Notes under the pieces: generated by a model
Told to the model about the DNA's origin: nothing
Databases searched by the model: none
Seen by the model: only the letters and a program-made list of their open reading frames with translations
Shown: positions 13,522-27,094 of the stretch, piece after piece
Numbering within the stretch: position 1 is the first letter of the stretch
How the letters are laid out: each line of letters starts with the position of its first letter
Made by a program: the position numbers and the translations under genes
Source of the DNA: Octopus vulgaris
Taxonomy: Eukaryota
Length of the DNA stretch: 64,000 bases
Assembly: GCA_951406725.2 (NCBI GenBank)
Contig: OX597842.1
Coordinates: 18,724,001 to 18,788,000 of the forward strand
Direction: 5' to 3'

Positions 13522-13861
13522 CGGCCGATTGTTCACCACTGACAATGGCCACTAATAGTCAGAAAACGTGTGGTCGCGGGATCCCATCGTCTGCTAGAGG
13601 GTAGTAAGGATTTGCTTCTCAGTTTGCAATATATAACGGGTGCAGACTGCATCGATAAACAACTGGAAGCGGATACTCCTGGTGTTTGAACGGTAGTAAT
13701 ATCGATTCCTATGGAACAGCCATGTTGATGTGGTGATAAATATTTCTTCTCGGTGTAGTTACTACATTCATCTCCTCTAGAGATTTTCTGACTTGCTACT
13801 TTGCTTGTTTTATACACACTCACGAGACAGACACAGACACACCACACATACACACACACAT

Positions 13862-14203
13862 ATGGTGACCCTCTTCGGTCAGACACTGACCATGGGTTTG
13901 CACCTAGAGAGTTACCCTCTGAGGCACAAGTCTGGGCAAGGTTGTTTTATGGAAGACCAGCAGTCGCCCATGCATAACGGCCTGCCCTCTCCACGTCACC
14001 GATGTTGTCCAAGGGAAAGGCAAAGGGGCCGGTACAGCTTGGCACCTGTGACGTAGCAACTCATTTCTACAGCTGAGTGAACTGGAGCAACGTGAAATAA
14101 AGTGTCTTGCTCAAGAACACAACACGCAGCCCGGTCCGGGATTCGAGCTCACAACCTCACGATCGTAAGCTCGACGCTCTAACCACTGAGCCACGCGCCT
14201 TCA
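13862..14203 (-). mobile_element. tRNA-derived SINE
   Basis: Minus strand A box tggctcagtggttagagc, B-box-like gagctcgaatccc, core tgtgttcttgagcaagacactt. Confidence 0.75.
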
Positions 14204-14219
14204 TACACACATATATATA

Positions 14220-14313
14220 TGCGGATAATACCGGACTGGCTTGGTGTCTAAACCTAATTGCCTATTTCAACTGAATCTAAATTATATATATATATATATA
14301 ATATATATAATAT

Positions 14314-14368
<55 letters not shown>

Positions 14369-14495
14369 AGCAAAAATTATTGAATAATTATATATATAAG
14401 CTTTACCGTCATCAATTGATATATATATTCAATATATATATACGTGGTTTTATAGTATATATATATACTTGATAATTTATATATATTATATATAA

Positions 14496-14574
<79 letters not shown>

Positions 14575-14633
14575 AGATTCAGTTGAAATAGGCAATTAGG
14601 TTTAGACACCAAGCCAGTCCGGTATTATCCGCA
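14220..14633. repeat. Inverted repeat with ~65-bp arms around a TA-rich spacer (fold-back/MITE-like)
   Basis: tgcggataataccggactggc...ctaaatt and its reverse complement ending at 14633. Confidence 0.85.
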
Positions 14634-15083
14634 CAGCTCGAAGTGAATAGAAATCAAATAAATAACAGGACGCCAGGGGACAAATGTTGAAATTTGGGAT
14701 CTCTTCAACAGTTTCAGCTACCAAATACATCTCTCAAAATTCTTGTCAACCACAAGCTGTTGTAGAAATCCCTTTTCCCAAGGTGCTATGTAAGGAGATT
14801 GAACAAAGGATACGTTGATTTTCAAGGAACTTTCTTAAGTACATAGACATAACAGCAGCTCTTAATATTTACAATTTAGATGTAAAAGCAATTTATCTAT
14901 TCCTTAAGGCAAGGATAACCCTCAGTAATGAACTCAATTGTAATATATAATGTAATATATGTTGTACTGACTAAAATAATATTGTCGTGGCACAACTCCA
15001 ATGTTTAATTCCATGCTTTAACGATGTATTAATAAACTCTTCTATGGCAATAAATATGTTTATCTAACGGCTTCCCTTTACAG

Positions 15084-15212
15084 GTAATACAAAACTCAAG
15101 TGCCAAAGCAAATACGAAAATTAACAGCCATATTATTGCTGCAAGTATTCCCAATGTTAATATAACCAACCGTGATGAACCAGTTACAATAGCATTCAAT
15201 GTAATAGATCCG
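15084..15212 (+). CDS. Adhesion GPCR exon (GAIN)
   Basis: ccctttacag acceptor, CCG|gtaagc donor; VIQNSSAKANTKINSHIIAASIPNVNITNRDEPVTIAFNVIDP (INSxIIAAS...N..EPVxIxF is typical GAIN-B). Confidence 0.9.
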
Positions 15213-15341
15213 GTAAGCGCTATGTATTTTGTTATAGCTGTCACAGTTTATGTTTCGTTTCAGGGCCATACACCACTGCTCACAAATGAAACACGGACCG
15301 CGGTGGAACAAGTAGTAGTAGTAGTAGTAGTCGTAGTAGTA

Positions 15342-15457
15342 GTTTCAACTTATAACTTATACTATCTTTATAATACACGCGACGGATATGTTTCCAGTTA
15401 TTTGTGTTGTAGTAGAAGTCGTAGTAGTAGTAGCAGTGGTGGTGTTGGTGTTGGTGT

Positions 15458-15500
<43 letters not shown>

Positions 15501-15614
15501 TTCAACTTATAACTTATACTATCTTTATAATACACGCGACGGATATGTTTCCAGTTATTTGTGTTGTAGTAGAAGTCGTAGTAGTAGTAGCAGTGGTGGT
15601 GTTGGTGTTGGTGT

Positions 15615-15646
<32 letters not shown>

Positions 15647-15762
15647 GTTTCAACTTATAACTTATACTATCTTTATAATACACGCAACGGATATGTTTCC
15701 AGTTATTTGTGTTGTAGTAGAAGTCGTAGTAGTAGTAGCAGTGGTGGTGTTGGTGTTGGTGT

Positions 15763-15794
<32 letters not shown>

Positions 15795-15919
15795 GTTTCA
15801 ACTTATAACTTATACTATCTTTATAATACACGCGACGGATATGTTTCCAGTCATTTGTGTTGTAGTAGAAGTCGTAGTAGTAGTAGTAGTGGTGGTGGTG
15901 GTGTTGGTGTTGGTGGTGG

Positions 15920-15957
<38 letters not shown>

Positions 15958-16077
15958 TTCAACTTATAACTTATACTATCTTTATAATACACGCGACGGA
16001 TATGTTTCCAGTCATTTGTGTTGTAGTAGAAGTCGTAGTAGTAGTAGTAGTGGTGGTGGTGGTGTTGGTGTTGGTGT

Positions 16078-16108
<31 letters not shown>

Positions 16109-16315
16109 TTCAACTTATAACTTATACTATCTTTATAATACACGCGACGGATATGTTTCCAGTCATTTGTGTTGTAGTAGAAGTCGTAGTAGTAGTAGTG
16201 GTGGTGGTGGTGATGGTGTTGGTGGTGGTAGTAGTAGTAGTAGTAGTTTCAACTTATAACTTATACTATCTTTATAATACACGCAGCGGATATGTTTCCA
16301 GTTATCTGTGTTGTT
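15342..16315 (+). repeat. Minisatellite, 7 units of ~150 bp containing (GTA)n/(GGT)n
   Basis: Repeated gtttcaacttataacttatactatctttataatacacgcgacggatatgtttccag. Confidence 0.9.
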
Positions 16316-16739
16316 TTTTTAGTATCACCAGTGTATTTTCTTAATATGTTTGTCTATTGCCTTCATTGATTGCGTCTGTGTATTTTAAATGTAATAAATT
16401 TCTTTGGGCTTCCGTTGACCATAGTTGAGGTTGTTATTGTTGTTTACCTTCATGTCATCTCTGATCCAGTAGGCCTCTGATGAAACACATTACAGCCATG
16501 ACCATCATGTCATTTTGTAGATCACTAAATATTTCAAGAACGACATCAGTTGTTAATGTGATGGAGTAGAAATTATCATACTAAACATAGATTAAAAAAC
16601 CAATTTGAATTGCCAGTTCAGCTACGTTACAAACAGTGATTTGGGGTTCACAGTGTCAATAATAACTAAACATTTATAACCATTGTTTGATATTTTGTTA
16701 CTTTCGCAAAGATACATTACATGTATTTTAATTACAAAG

Positions 16740-17094
16740 TAGAGTGGTTGTATACTGTCAACTTAACGTGACAGTCCTGTAAGGGAATTACACCACCGCT
16801 GTTTAGCCCTAGGAAGCTACACGTTTGCATTATGTTATATATACAATAATAATAAAGGACGTTACCGTATACATTTTTTACAAACCAAGGACGTTATATA
16901 CACCTTGACTCAGGTTAGAGAAGGAGTGCGTATTATACACAAGGTTTAGGTTTTTCAGAGGTACAACCCCCTAAAAATCCCCTGCATATTATACTCAAGA
17001 GCGGAATATGCTCGATGCTTCCTAGGGCTAAACAGCGGTGGTGTAATTCCCTTTCAGGACTGTCACGTTAAGTTGACATTATACAACCACTCTA
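16740..17094. mobile_element. Element with 78-bp inverted termini enclosing a fragment of the MITE at 17659
   Basis: 16740-16817 is the reverse complement of 17017-17094; interior matches ~17783-17985. Confidence 0.7.
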
Positions 17095-17181
17095 TCGCTC
17101 CACCACCGTACATATCTCTATGAGATATTTAGAAATTTAATATTTCTAATTACAACGTAATTTGATTAAATTGTATTTCAG

Positions 17182-17331
17182 AATGCCACCAACCCACAAT
17201 GTGTCTATTGGGACGAATCCCCAGGGCGTAATCCCCACTGGTCAGCAAAGGGCTGTGATACATCCGACTATGAACCTGGAAAAAAAGTATTTTGTACTTG
17301 TAACCATCTTACAAGTTTTGCCATGCTAATG
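17182..17331 (+). CDS. Adhesion GPCR exon with GPS autoproteolysis motif and tethered agonist (Stachel)
   Basis: NATNPQCVYWDESPGRNPHWSAKGC...FCTCNHL|TSFAMLM; tttcag acceptor, ATG|gttggt donor. Confidence 0.97.
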
Positions 17332-17658
17332 GTTGGTAATATTACGACAACTAGTTAATTGCCAGTACACTGGAAATCCTGTCTGTGCATAAATAATTTC
17401 AACACGTATTAACCATCATTTTAGTAAATATGTGAGGTTGGTATTTTGTAATAGGGCACTGTTGATCGTGCTCTTATTGCTGTTTATCAGTTTAAACTCA
17501 GAACGGTGTCTACTTGATGAACCAAGATACCATCCTCAATTAAATGCATGAGAATTCCTCAAAGGTGAATGTCATGGGACAGAGAAAAACAACCATTTTC
17601 GCTGAATTTAAAATCTATTGGGCTAAAACAATCTGAATGACAATCTAAGTAAGAGATA

Positions 17659-17997
17659 CCGTAAATCCTCGAGTATAATCCGCAATTTTTTCCAAAAATT
17701 TCCAGAGCGTACTATATACGCGGTAAAAATGAAAAATATTTCCTAAGCAATGTCCGAGTCTCTATTTGCTGTTAAGTACAAAGAAGCTACACGTTTGCAT
17801 TATGCTATATATACAAAAATAATAAAGGACGTTACCGTATACATTTTTACAAACCAAGGACGTTATATAGATCTCCTTGACTCAGGTTAGAGAAGGAGTG
17901 CGTATTATACACAAGGTTTAGGTTTTTCAGAGGTACAACCCCCTAAAAATCCCCTGCATATTATACTCACGGGCGGAATATACTCGAGGATCTACGG
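17659..17997. mobile_element. Tc1/mariner-pogo-type MITE
   Basis: TA|ccgtaaatcctcgagtata ... tatactcgaggatctacgg|TA. Confidence 0.8.
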
Positions 17998-18283
17998 TAC
18001 TTATTTAGTATACAATAATTCTCTAAAGCACAAAAGCCATGTTTGTAGCTTACAAGTTAAACATTTGGCCTCTTCATGATTCTGTTACAGGGTCTCTCCT
18101 CTCATTTACATGAAACCTCTGTGTCAATAATGCAGATATATACAATATCTATCAGTTTCTACAACACATCTGCTACCCGTAAAACTAAAACCTACCCCTA
18201 TCTTCTGTACATATTTTAGCTTAAAGGAATAGCTGAAGCAATGCAATAAGTTAGTTCACTCAATACCAGTTCTACTATCATCT

Positions 18284-18516
18284 TATTTCTTTATTGCCCA
18301 CAAGGGGTTAAACATAGAGGGGACAAACAAGGACAGACGAAGGGGTTAAGTCGATTACATCGACCCCAGTGAGTAACTGGTACTTAATTTATCGACCCCG
18401 AAAGGATGAAAAGTAAAGTCGACCTCGGCGGAATTTGAACTCAGAACGTAACGGCAGACGAAATACGCTAAGCCTTTCGTCCGGCGTGCTAACGATTCTG
18501 CCAGCTCGCCGCCTTA
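18284..18516 (-). mobile_element. Full-length monomeric SINE with 16-bp TSD
   Basis: TSD agttctactatcatct at 18268-18283 and 18517-18532. Confidence 0.9.
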
Positions 18517-18764
18517 AGTTCTACTATCATCTGACATCATAATGGCAGTGTTGTTAGAACATTACTAAATAACTTCACTTCTCTTTATTACACTATCTGG
18601 ATATTTATTTATCACATACTTTAAGCCATACGTCCGCCCTCAGTTAACGGTTTAGGTCAAACAGCTCCAATTATTTGTACTTATAACATATACTAAGATA
18701 TACCTTCAATGAATTTGAACTCAAGATTTATAGGACGGTGGTATATTCTAACTTGATTCAGATA

Positions 18765-19263
18765 TCTATATATATAAAACTGAAGTTGTGTGAGTGTCTG
18801 TCTCCTACGATTTAGATTCCTAACTACTCCCACAGTTTGCGGTGCAGTTTAACCAAAAGCGAGTATCTTATAGTCGTGATTCATATCGAGCCCTTCTGAG
18901 TATTAGCGCGCGTTTATGATGAGTCTACGATTTAAAAAATAATTTACCATAATTTTTTTTCATTTTTAATGCATTTTTTGCTATTATATAAGGGAAGTAA
19001 CTCTCTAAAAATGTCTATGATGAGTCTACGATTTAAAAAAATTTACCATAATTTTTTCCATTTTTAATGCATTTTTTGCTATTATATAAGGGAAGTAACT
19101 CTCTAAAAATGTCTACGATGAGTATACGATTTAAAAAAAATTTACCATCATTTTTTTTCCATTTTTAATGCATTTTTTTGCTATTTTTTGGCTATAACTC
19201 TCTAAAAATGCTTATATAGTTATTTCCCTTACAAACCCGAGCAACGCCGGGCGATACTGCTAG
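18765..19263 (+). mobile_element. Non-autonomous Helitron-like element with internal ~99-bp tandem repeats
   Basis: A|TCTATATATATAAAA start; cccgagcaacgccggg hairpin; CTAG|T end. Confidence 0.75.
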
Positions 19264-19446
19264 TCTCATATACATCATAACGACAGTGAAACTTCACACT
19301 GGGGTTAAGTATCATGTAACATGTAATAGAAGATGGCACCCGCCTATATTAACCCTCATAATTTATATAAGTATTGATTTAGCATATAAGAAAGAAATAA
19401 GATAAGAAAGGAGGGGATAATATGTTGTCGTTTGTTTCTATTGCAG

Positions 19447-19568
19447 GATGTCTACCAGAATGAAAGAGATGTAAAACATAGTCAAATCTTGTCTGTTCTT
19501 TCTAACATTGGTTCCGGAATATCATTTGTCTGTGTCATTCTGACAGCAATAGTTCATGTTTATTTCAA
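19447..19568 (+). CDS. Adhesion GPCR exon (TM1)
   Basis: ttgcag acceptor, AA|gtaagc donor; DVYQNERDVKHSQILSVLSNIGSGISFVCVILTAIVHVYFK; phase 0->2. Confidence 0.92.
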
Positions 19569-20247
19569 GTAAGCTTTTCAATTTCTATCTTATTTTGTAA
19601 ACTGTTCAAATGCAGAGAGACAGTGTCCAACAGTTTGTGGAATTCTCACAGATTGGTAAGATCAATAGTTGATGTCTGCAGAAAAATCATGGATGTGAAA
19701 AGAATTCCAGAATGTTGTCAATTTGATGAAGGATTGTTGACTGGACAAATATTTTAGTGCAGGTTTTTGTAAGCGACTCACATTAACGATGACATGCGAA
19801 AAAGAGGAGTGAGGGGTGTTCTGTGTGTTTAAGTAGAGTTAATTCAGAGAAGTATGGCTTTACTGTTACTACTATATCGGTCTCTATCATCTTTATACAA
19901 TATGTCTGTGACCGAGTTGTAGCTTGTTGACGAGTTTATATTCGCTATCCAACCAGATTAGCTTCCTTTGGGTGTGATCGAGAATATGTGTGTGCGGTGT
20001 GTATATATGTATGTATGGTATATGTTTTGCTGGAATGTCAATATTTGTCTAACGCTGCTCCGTATTCCCTGATCTTAATCAGAAATCTATGTCTTTCTGA
20101 CAGTGTTTATACATGCATACATATAACTTACATACATACATGAAATTAGGCTTCTCAAAACCAGAAAGGGGAAAGCTAAATCAAAGACTACAGAGCCAAT
20201 CTATCACTGAAACTGTAAAAATCTGTAAAACTTTCCAGGAGTTCATC

Positions 20248-20623
20248 ATAGGCGCAGGAGTGGCTGTGTGGTAAGTAGCTTGTTTACCAGCCACATGCTT
20301 CCGGGTTCAGTCCCACTGCATGGCACCTAGAACAAGTGTCTTCTACTATGGCCTCGGGCCGACCAAAGCCTTGTGAGTGGATTTGGTAGACGGAAACTGA
20401 AAGAAGCCCGTCGTATATATGTGTGTGTTTGTGTGTCTGTGTTTGTCCCCCTAGCATTGCTTGACAACCGTTACTTAGTGGTTCGGCAAAAGAGACTGAT
20501 AGAATAAGTACTGGGCTTACAAAAGAATAAGTCCCGGGGTCGAGTTGCTCGATTAAAGGCGGTGCTCCAGCATGACTGCAGTGAAATGACTGAAACAAGT
20601 AAAAGAGTAAAAGAGTAAAGAGT
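20248..20623 (+). mobile_element. Long SINE with CR1/L2-like tail
   Basis: Same head as 288; tail ggcggtgctccagcatg...ctgaaacaagtaaaagagtaaaagag. Confidence 0.8.
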
Positions 20624-21031
20624 ATTTAAATATATAAGAGCACATCTAGATAAGAATACATATATAAAACATACAAATCTTCACATAATAATACTCAAAA
20701 TAATTAATAATTGAGCATTTTATACGCAAATTCGTTAAGCAGATTTCCTTATACATTTTAGGAAATCTAGTTTACAAACTGTGTATCCGTGGAGACCTAG
20801 CGAGTTGTACTCTAACACAGAATTGAAACGAGTCCGGCTGATTCTTACTCTTATGGACAAGGAGACACTCTGTGTAATATGATACCTGCAACTGCATGTT
20901 GAGTACAGGGTTGACAAAAACTTACAGTCGTAGTCTATTGTACAGTGTAGCATTGCTGTTAATGTATTAACAACATATATGTGTGTACGTTGTGTGCTTG
21001 CATGCGTCAGCGTATTCTACGTTCAATGCGT

Positions 21032-21414
21032 GGAGGCGCAATGGCCCAGTGGTTAGCGCAGCGGACTCGCGGTCATAGGATCGCGGTTTCGATTCCCAGA
21101 CCGGGCGTTGTGAGTGTTTATTGAGCGAAAACACCTAAAAGCTCCACAAGGCTCCGGCAGGGGATGGTGGTGATCCCTGCTGTACTCTTTCACCACAACT
21201 TTCTCTCACTCTTACTTCCTGTTTCTGTTGTACCTGTATTTCAAGGGGCCGGCCTAGTCACTCTCTGTGTCACACTGAATATCCCCGAGAACTACGTTAA
21301 GGGTGCACGTGTCTGTGGAGTGCTCAGCCACTTACACGCTAATTTCACGAGCAGGCTGTTCCGTTGATTCGGATCAATCGGAACCTTCGTCGTCGTAACC
21401 GACGGATTGCTTCC
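21032..21414 (+). mobile_element. tRNA(Arg)-like SINE with TSD
   Basis: ggaggcgcaatggcccagtggttag...ggtttcgattccc; TSD acgttcaatgcgt; paralogues at 32888 and 51008. Confidence 0.85.
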
Positions 21415-21494
21415 ACGTTCAATGCGTCATGTACGGACATCTATCATGAACAACTATCAATGCGTCATGTACAGAACTACTATCAACAATCAAA

Positions 21495-21797
21495 CCTGTT
21501 TGTTCCTTCTCGAGCCATGCCTGGCTTTTAAGGGCCGGTTTCCCGGTTTCTTTGGCGTATAGGTTCCCCACCTGGACGGGACACCGGTCCGTCGTAGGTG
21601 AGCTGCATGATGCTGGAGGAAAGACTGAGAGAAAGATGTGGCAAAAGAGTCAGCAGAATTTCGCTACTCTTTTCTGCCGGAACAGCGTGGAGCTTAGGTG
21701 TTTCGCTCATAAGCATACACATTGTCTGGTCTGAGATTCAAACCCGCGTTCCCTCGACCGCGAGTCCGCTGCTCTAACAACTAGGCCACGTACCTCC
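21495..21797 (-). mobile_element. tRNA(Arg)-like SINE, shorter subfamily
   Basis: Related head on the minus strand; paralogue at ~25410-25712. Confidence 0.7.
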
Positions 21798-22038
21798 ACC
21801 TACCCAATGAACACAGTCAACAATAAACACAATGCTTTATATCTAATACAGCCTATTACACACAGCTACACTACACCATGTCTAAATACATATTGTAAAT
21901 GCATAGTCAACATATCATTTATATTTCGAATAACCATCACCTATAAACATAGTTGTAATACTATTTTGTGCTTTGAACAATGCATTTTATATTTGTGTTA
22001 ATTTAATGCAGTATTATTTCTTGTTTTCGTTATTTCAG

Positions 22039-22162
22039 AAATCTATGGAAATTAACGTCTTCCAAGGTTTTAGTAAACTTGTGCGTTTCTTTAGCTGCCA
22101 CTTATTTTATCTTTCTTGTTGGGTTCCAAGAATATAGTACAACAATAACAGCTGTTTGTAAG
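22039..22162 (+). CDS. Adhesion GPCR exon (TM2, ECL1)
   Basis: tttcag acceptor, AAG|gtaagt donor; NLWKLTSSKVLVNLCVSLAATYFIFLVG...AVCK; phase 2->0. Confidence 0.93.
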
Positions 22163-22440
22163 GTAAGTGAACACATATTTAACATAAAACACGATGGGTC
22201 ACGATCGTCGCCGTAAGGCACAGGACTACAGACCAAAATCGTGGCCCAGATAGATACATTTAATTTACGGGCGTTTGTAGGGGTCTAATGTCACTCAAAC
22301 GCTCTGATACCCCCCCCCCCCCCAGAATGCCAGAGGACTAATAGTTCAACTAATGACTTTTGAGATGATGTAAAACTTGCCCCCATTATATACTAAGAAG
22401 TTATTTAAAGTATTTTTTGTTTTTTTTTGTGTGCATGGCA

Positions 22441-22847
22441 CTCTTTTACTCTTTTACTTGTTTCAGTCATTTGACTGCGGCCATGTTGGAGCACCGCCTT
22501 TAGTCGAGCAAATCGACCCCGGGACTTATTCATTGTAAGCCCAGTACTTATTCTATCGGTCTCTTTTTGCTAAGTGACGGCGACGTAAACACACCAGCAT
22601 CGGTTGTCAAGCAATGCTAAAGGGACAAACACAGACACACAAACATATACACACACATACATATATATATATACATATATACGACAGGCTTCTTTCAGTT
22701 TCCGTCTACCAAATCCACTCACAAGGCTTTGGTCGGCCCGAGGCTATAGTAGAAGACACTTGGCCAAGATGCCACGCAGTGGGACTGAACCCGGAACCAT
22801 GTGGTTGGTAGGCAAGCTACTTACCACGCAGCCACTCCTGCGCCTAT
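22441..22847 (-). mobile_element. Long SINE with CR1/L2-like tail
   Basis: Reverse complement of the family at 20248. Confidence 0.8.
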
Positions 22848-23597
22848 TGTCTCATTTTCGTAAAAATATGCTTAGCAGTCCATGCTCTGTAAGTGCAAAT
22901 CCCTCATTGTGAAAGAAAGTCTACTAAACAGATTTCATCCAGTAAGAGAGCCCATGTTGTGGCTCTTTCCAAATTATTTCCAATATTTCTATTGATATTA
23001 CATTTAATCTTTCCGTTGTTCGTTCTTACATTCTTTCATTTGACCAGTGAGAGTGCGTCGCTAAGTGGTTAGGTTACTTGGCTCAAGATTGTAAATTCGG
23101 CTATTCAAGAGTTTGGACCTGGAGGTCTCCATTTCCAGCGACTTCGAGGGCCACCTCCCAGTGGTGTCGGGCGTCAACGAAAAGCCCTCGACTACAACAA
23201 GACGACGAAAGTTTTTTTTCCTAAGTCTGGGGTCTCTCGCCCCTAAGTCCTAGACCATCACCTAATAACACTTACCCGTCTTGTTGCTTAACAACAACAA
23301 CAACAACAACAAATTCTAAATTCGTGAGGTCGACGTCGTCAGGAAGACTCTTTATTCCATATTGTCCCCTTCCGCTCAGCTGGCAAAACCGAATGCTACT
23401 TTTACTTTAGAAGGGCCAGCTTTGCCACATTCTGTTCACGTTAAGGGTACCTGTGTCTCTGGAGTCCTCATCCACTTGCATCTTAATTTCACGATCAGGC
23501 TGTTCCGTTCACCGAATCAGCTAGAAGGTGAACCAGTTTTCATTTGATAATGATTAACTGTCTCAGAAATACCAAGAAATGAGTGATAATAATATGA

Positions 23598-24700
<1,103 letters not shown>

Positions 24701-25409
24701 TTTTATTTCGTCAAACTGTAATTTTGTAAGACATCTTCCACCCATCCGCTCGCCTTTATATAAAGTGTTAGCGCACCCCATATGTCTATGCTAGATTCCT
24801 GTTCAACATTCTTCGAATTTTATTCTATCCCTCTGAGCCTTTCTATCTAATCAGGCAATTTTTAGGAAGAAGGGATTCAGTCGATATCATCGATCTTTAT
24901 ACTTGACTGTTCCTTTCGTTTATCGACCCCAAGAGGGATGAAAGTAAAGGTTGAACCTTGTCATCCACTCAGGAGTCGATGAATTAAAGTAACAACCGAG
25001 TATTGAGATCGATAGTATCGATTAACCTCGCTCTCTCTAATACTTGCTCAACTCGTCACAGAATCGTTAGCACGCCGGACAAAATGCTTGGCGGCATTTC
25101 GTCCGTCTTTACTTTCTGAGATCGAATTCTACCTTTCACATTTCGAGATCGATAAAATAAGTACCAGCTGAGCACTTTGGTCAAAGTATTCGACTAAGAC
25201 ATTCCACCAAAATTTCAGGCCTCGTGTCTGTAGAAGAAATAATTATTATTGATATTATCACGATGTAATGATGAAGGCGGCGATCTAGCAGAAAAGTTAA
25301 CGAGGCGGATAAAATTCTTTGCAACACTTCGTCCGTCTTTTCATTCTGAATTCATATTCCACAGAGGTCGATATTGCCTTTAATACTTTCGTGGTCAATT
25401 AAGTAAGTT

Positions 25410-25938
25410 TTTTTGTTCCTTCTCGAGCCATGGCTGGCACATAAGGGCCGGTTTCTCGGTTTCCTTGGCGTATAGGTTCCCCACCTGGACGGGACGCCGG
25501 TCCGTCGTAAGTGAGCTGCATGATGCAGGAGGAAAGACTGAGAGAAAGATGTGGCAAAAGAGTCAGCAGAATTTCGCTACTCTTTTCTGCCGGAGCCGCG
25601 TGGAGCTTAGGTGTTTCACTCATAAACATACACATCACCTGGTCTGAGATTCGAACCCGCGATGCCTCGACTACGAGTCCGCTGCTCTAAACACTAGGCC
25701 ATGTACCTCCACTAAAGCCTAACCAGGCTCATGGGCCCGGTTTCCCGGTTTCTATGGCATATGTGTTCCCCAGCTGGACGGGACGCCAGTCCATCGCAGC
25801 GTTACTCGCCAGCTGAGTGGACTGAGTGAAATGAAGTGTTTTGCTCAAGAACACAACGCGTCGCCTGGACCAGGAATCGAAACCACAATCATACGATCAT
25901 GGTGCTGACACCCTAACCACTAAGCCATTCGCCTCCAC
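25410..25938 (-). mobile_element. Two adjacent tRNA-derived SINEs
   Basis: Minus-strand heads gtggaggtacatggcctagtg and gtggaggcgaatggcttagtgg; shared ggcccggtttcccggtttc tail. Confidence 0.7.
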
Positions 25939-26159
25939 AATTAAGAAAGTACCATTTGAGCACTGGAGTCGATGTAATCGACTTAGGCACAACCCCAAAA
26001 TTCCTGGCCCTGAGCAAAAATTTGAAGCCATTACTATGACGTAATAATGTAGTGTATTGACAAAAACATCAAACGAAATGCCTTTTTATATTGAAGGACA
26101 TCTTTTTGAGATTTCTATTAAAATGTCAGTCCTATATATGTACGTCCGTCCTATATATG

Positions 26160-26204
<45 letters not shown>

Positions 26205-26285
26205 ACAATTGAGGGTAAAATTAATTAATTATTAATCAATTTCACCAAGTGTTCAGTATGCAAAGGGACCATTTAAGGCGAATTC

Positions 26286-26761
26286 AAATTATTACATTAT
26301 ATAAAAGGGCTTAGTAAAATAAATTACTTTGCCGCATACTGAACTCATTAGAAATAGCAGCTAAAAAACTTTTTTAAAGCTATTTCTAATACTTAAAGAA
26401 AATCTCTCTCATATATAGTGTTTGCTTAATTCAACTCACAAAAGTTTGGGGTAAGGACATCAATAAATCAAATGCTAAGGTTATTTGAGAACGTACGTTT
26501 CAAGATTAGTCAAAACAACATTTCTATAGAAATGTTGTTTTGACTAATCTTGAAACGTACGTTCTCAAATAACCTTAGCATTTGATTTATTGATGTCCTT
26601 ACCCCCAAACTTTTGTGAGTTGAATTAAGCAAACACTATATATGAGAGAGATTTTCTTTAAGTATTAGAAATAGCTTTAAAAAAGTTTTTTAGCTGCTAT
26701 TTCTAATGAGTTCAGTATGCGGCAAAGTAATTTATTTTACTAAGCCCTTTTATATAATGTA

Positions 26762-26768
<7 letters not shown>
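26286..26768. repeat. Near-perfect spacer-less palindrome, ~240-bp arms
   Basis: Centre tttcta|tagaaa at 26526/26527; arms reverse-complementary; between (TA)n tracts. Confidence 0.92.
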
Positions 26769-26813
<45 letters not shown>

Positions 26814-27094
26814 ATGTGTGTGTGCGTGTATGTTTGTGTGTTTGTGTTTGTCTCCCTAGCATTGCTTGACAACCGATGCTGGTGTGTTTATGTCCCCGTT
26901 ACTTAGCGGTTCGGCAAAAGAGACCGATAGAATAAGTACTGGGCTTACAAAGAATAAGTCCCGGGATCGAGTTGCTCGATTAAAGGCGGTGCTCCAGCAT
27001 GGCCGCAGTCAAATGACTGAAACAAGTAAAAGAGTAAAGAGTATAGGCCATGCGTCAATGTCAGATATCTTTATTGTTGGTATTGTTGTTGTAG

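Noticed and set aside
21032-21110. tRNA genes (also 23598, 32888, 51008 and ~14130)
   Set aside because: A/B boxes only; they run into SINE bodies, several with TSDs, and lack a complete cloverleaf.
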